This document shows, one piece after another, positions 61,273 through 64,000 of a DNA stretch of 64,000 nucleotides; positions within the stretch are counted from its first letter, which is position 1; every line of letters begins with the position of its first letter. The notes under the pieces were generated by a model. That model was not told the DNA's origin. It did not search any database and saw only the letters and a program-made list of their open reading frames with translations. A program made the position numbers and the translations under genes. Source of the stretch: an uncultured Pseudomonadales bacterium (GTDB taxonomy: Bacteria > Patescibacteriota > Microgenomatia > UBA1400 > PJMF01); the NCBI GenBank assembly GCA_964633875.1, contig CAZWKL010000003.1:7849-71848 (forward strand). Reading direction: 5' to 3'.

Positions 61273-62118
61273 ATGCCAGAATTGCCCGAAGTTGAAACTA
61301 TTGTTCGCCGATTAGCCAGCTTAATCAAGGGCAAAAGCATCAACAAAATCAGCGTTTTAAGAGAGAAAAGTTTTGCCGGTGATCCAGAAAAAATTGCCGG
61401 TATGCCGATTGTGGCTGTTTCCCGCCGGGCTAAACTGATTCGTCTTCATTTGCCTGAAAATCATAATCTGCTGGTGCATCTGAAAATGACCGGCCAGCTG
61501 ATTTATCTTGACGAAACCCAAAAAATTGGTGGCGGTCATCCCACTGCTGATTGGGTGCAAGCACTGCCCTCTTCACATACCAGAATTGTTTTCGATCTTT
61601 CTGATAAGGCCACGCTGTACTTCAACGACATGCGGGTTTTTGGTTGGGTGAGGGCGCTTGATGATGAACAGGTCCAGCTTGAGTTTGATAAGTATGGCCC
61701 GGATATTGTGGACGATTCGGTGACGCTCGAGTATTTGCTGGAAAAGTTCAGCCGGACTGCCCGCCCGGTCAAGTTGGCCATTATGGATAACGCCATTGTG
61801 TCGGGAGTTGGCAACATTTATGCCAGCGACGCGCTCAATTTGGCTCAAATTAACCCGGCCAAACCGGCCAAAGATTTAGCCCCAGAGGAAGTGCAAAAGT
61901 TGTTAACAAGCAGTAAGTTTGTGATTAATTTAGGGATTGAGTCCGGCGGAGCGACCATTGATAATTACAAACATGTTGACGGTTTCTCCGGTTCTTATCA
62001 AGATAAAGTTTTGGCTTACGGGCGCGAAGGTGAAGAGTGTCAGCAGTGCGGCGGCACGATTGTAAGAGCCAAAATCGGTGGCCGCAGCGCCTTTTTTTGC
62101 CGGGATTGCCAGGTTTAA
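61273..62118 (+). CDS. fpg: formamidopyrimidine-DNA glycosylase
   Basis: MPELPEVETIVRRL catalytic N-terminus (Pro2/Glu3) and C-terminal zinc finger CQQCGGTIVRAKIGGRSAFFCRDCQ. Confidence 0.85.
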   Translation: MPELPEVETIVRRLASLIKGKSINKISVLREKSFAGDPEKIAGMPIVAVSRRAKLIRLHLPENHNLLVHLKMTGQLIYLDETQKIGGGHPTADWVQALPSSHTRIVFDLSDKATLYFNDMRVFGWVRALDDEQVQLEFDKYGPDIVDDSVTLEYLLEKFSRTARPVKLAIMDNAIVSGVGNIYASDALNLAQINPAKPAKDLAPEEVQKLLTSSKFVINLGIESGGATIDNYKHVDGFSGSYQDKVLAYGREGEECQQCGGTIVRAKIGGRSAFFCRDCQV

Positions 62119-62139
62119 GATAACCGAGAGAATAAATAA

Positions 62140-63075
62140 CTACTGAAGATACTGCTGGACTTGAGCCACCGACTTAGCCAAAGCTTGCCTCTCAACCCAG
62201 CTCAGTTTAATTTCCAAAATCTCCTCTACCCCACTCCGGCCCACCACACAAGGAACACTCAGAGAAACGCCGTTGAAACCAAGATATTGATGCAGCGGAA
62301 TTGAAACCGGCAGCACGCTTCTTCTGTTGAGCAGGACCGCGCCCGTGATATGGGCAATGACCGAACCGATGGCGTAGTAGGTGGAGCCTTTGGAGGCAAT
62401 AATTTCGTAAGCGGCGTCACGGGCGCGCTCGTAAGCCTTGAGCGCTTTTTCCTGCGAAAACTTGGGCATAGACATCAGAGCCTGGCCGCCCACAGTGGCG
62501 CTGGAAATAACCGGAAAGGAACTATCACCGTGTTCACCCAAAATGTAAGCATGAATGCTCCTGGGGTTGATGTTCATGAACTCGGAAAGATGAAAGCGAA
62601 AACGGGAAGTGTCCAGAACGGTGCCGGTGCCAAAAATCCTGCCTTTGGGCAGGCCCGCAATTTGATAAGCCTTGTAGGTAAGCACGTCCACAGGATTAGT
62701 GACCATGATGATGATAGCGTTGGGTGAGTATTTAACCACTTGCGGAATAATTTCCTCAATAATGGCGGTGTTTTTTTTAGCCAAATCCAGCCTGGTTTCT
62801 CCTGGCTCCTGAGCGGCGCCGGCCGTAACGATGGCTACGTCCACCCCCTTAAGCTCCGCGTAATCATCCGCCGTGATGACTTGGGCAGAATGTAAAAAGC
62901 TCATGGCGTGCTCGAGGTCTAATTTTTCACCAAGCAACTTTTTTTTGGAGCGGCCGAACAGCATCAGCTCATGAACGAAATTGTGATGCAGAATAGCATA
63001 GGCGGCTGTCATGCCCACGCGCCCGCAGCCGATAATAGCGACTTTGTTGGTATCGGTTTTGAGCAGGGTTTGCAT
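62140..63075 (-). CDS. ldh: L-lactate/malate dehydrogenase family (LDH-like)
   Basis: KVAIIGCGRVGMTAAYAIL Rossmann motif; ...IMVTNPVDVLT...; GEHGDSS active-site region. Confidence 0.8.
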   Translation of the reverse strand: MQTLLKTDTNKVAIIGCGRVGMTAAYAILHHNFVHELMLFGRSKKKLLGEKLDLEHAMSFLHSAQVITADDYAELKGVDVAIVTAGAAQEPGETRLDLAKKNTAIIEEIIPQVVKYSPNAIIIMVTNPVDVLTYKAYQIAGLPKGRIFGTGTVLDTSRFRFHLSEFMNINPRSIHAYILGEHGDSSFPVISSATVGGQALMSMPKFSQEKALKAYERARDAAYEIIASKGSTYYAIGSVIAHITGAVLLNRRSVLPVSIPLHQYLGFNGVSLSVPCVVGRSGVEEILEIKLSWVERQALAKSVAQVQQYLQ

Positions 63076-63079
63076 AATT

Positions 63080-64000
63080 TTATTCTCTCACTTTTCTATC
63101 TAGGAGTGCAAGCGACTTTCTAACAATAGCGTTGGCATCCACTTCATATTTAGCCATCAGTTCTCTTGATGTGCCTGATTCGCCGAAAGTATCTTGAGCA
63201 GCCACGAATTCGAGGGGAACGGGGAAATTTTGGGTGACAACTTCCGCGACTGCTGCTCCCAAACCGCCATATTTTTGGTGTTCTTCGGCAGTGACAATCC
63301 CGCCGGTTTCTTGGGCGGCCTTGATGATGGCGGCTTGGTCGATGGGTTTGATGGTGTGCATGTTAATTACTCTGGCGGCAATGCCGCGCGTACCAAGAAC
63401 ATCGGCGGCATCTATGGCTTGAGCCACCATACTGCCGATGGCGACGATGGTTAAATCCCGGCCTTCACGAAAAGTCAAAGCCTGGCCGATCTTAAACGGA
63501 GTGCGAGGATTGGTCAGGTTGAGTGACTGGTGCTTGCCGACCCTGATATAGCCCGGGCCGGGATTTTTGATCAGGGCCAAAATAGCTTTGCGGCTCTCTT
63601 CTTCGTCGGCGGGAGAAATAACGGTCATGTTGGGTAGAGTGCGCATAATAGCTAAATCTTCGAGCGCTTGATGAGTGGCGCCATCTTGAGAAGCGGAAAA
63701 ACCAGTGTGGCCGCCGGCAATGATCACCTGCAGGTTTGAGTAGCAGACGCTGGCTCTGAGGGGTCCCAAAGAATTGCCCGGACTAAAAACAGCAAAACTG
63801 CCGGTGACGGGAATTTTTCCGCGCAGCGCCAAACCGGCGGCCACGCCCATCATGTTTTCTTCCGCCACACCCATGGCAATGAATCTGTCCGGGAATTTTT
63901 CCTTAAATGCTTGCAAGCGCATGGAATCAGTGAGGTCGGCACTTAAAACCACCACTTGCGGATTTTCGGCGGCTTCCATCAAGCCACGGCCAAAACCATC
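63080..64000 (-). CDS. transketolase, C-terminal (pyrimidine-binding/C-terminal domain) subunit of a split transketolase; N-terminus lies beyond the window end
   Basis: ...GVAEENMMGVAAGLAL..., ...GGHTGFSASQDGATHQALEDLAIMRTLPNMTV.... The ORF stays open past position 64000. Confidence 0.8.
   Translation of the reverse strand, partial: DGFGRGLMEAAENPQVVVLSADLTDSMRLQAFKEKFPDRFIAMGVAEENMMGVAAGLALRGKIPVTGSFAVFSPGNSLGPLRASVCYSNLQVIIAGGHTGFSASQDGATHQALEDLAIMRTLPNMTVISPADEEESRKAILALIKNPGPGYIRVGKHQSLNLTNPRTPFKIGQALTFREGRDLTIVAIGSMVAQAIDAADVLGTRGIAARVINMHTIKPIDQAAIIKAAQETGGIVTAEEHQKYGGLGAAVAEVVTQNFPVPLEFVAAQDTFGESGTSRELMAKYEVDANAIVRKSLALLDRKVRE

Overview
This window looks like a gene-dense, small-genome bacterial chromosome of roughly 48-50% GC, likely Patescibacteria/CPR-like with the standard code (TGA is used as a stop). 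Core housekeeping genes dominate and were recognised from their translated motifs: an F1Fo ATP synthase operon (atpB-E-F-H-A-G-D-C) and greA; secA, prs, proS, serS and lysS; pyk and eno; cmk, ldh, fpg and a split transketolase; efp with epmA; seven tRNA genes; and a T-box leader in front of serS. Accessory DNA sits in three places. A short AT-rich segment at about 1.4-4.8 kb ends in a large serine recombinase whose 3' end overlaps tRNA-Pro. A roughly 16 kb island at about 18.9-34.8 kb carries a Fic protein, an OLD-family/PARIS-like ATPase-Toprim gene flanked by short inverted repeats, an XRE regulator, a compact type I-like R-M pair with fused M-S, three unassigned genes, a primase(CHC2)/AAA_25/serine-integrase module abutting tRNA-His. 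A roughly 450 bp high-GC insert sits at 48.6-49.0 kb. Other notable items are a perfectly conserved 89 bp inverted repeat pair lying upstream of two unrelated genes 34 kb apart, a LysRS with a C-terminal HD-domain extension, and a PPAT-like/DUF359-like fusion at the window edge. No CRISPR array was seen. All calls rest on reading the supplied translations and sequence by eye; no database searches were run.
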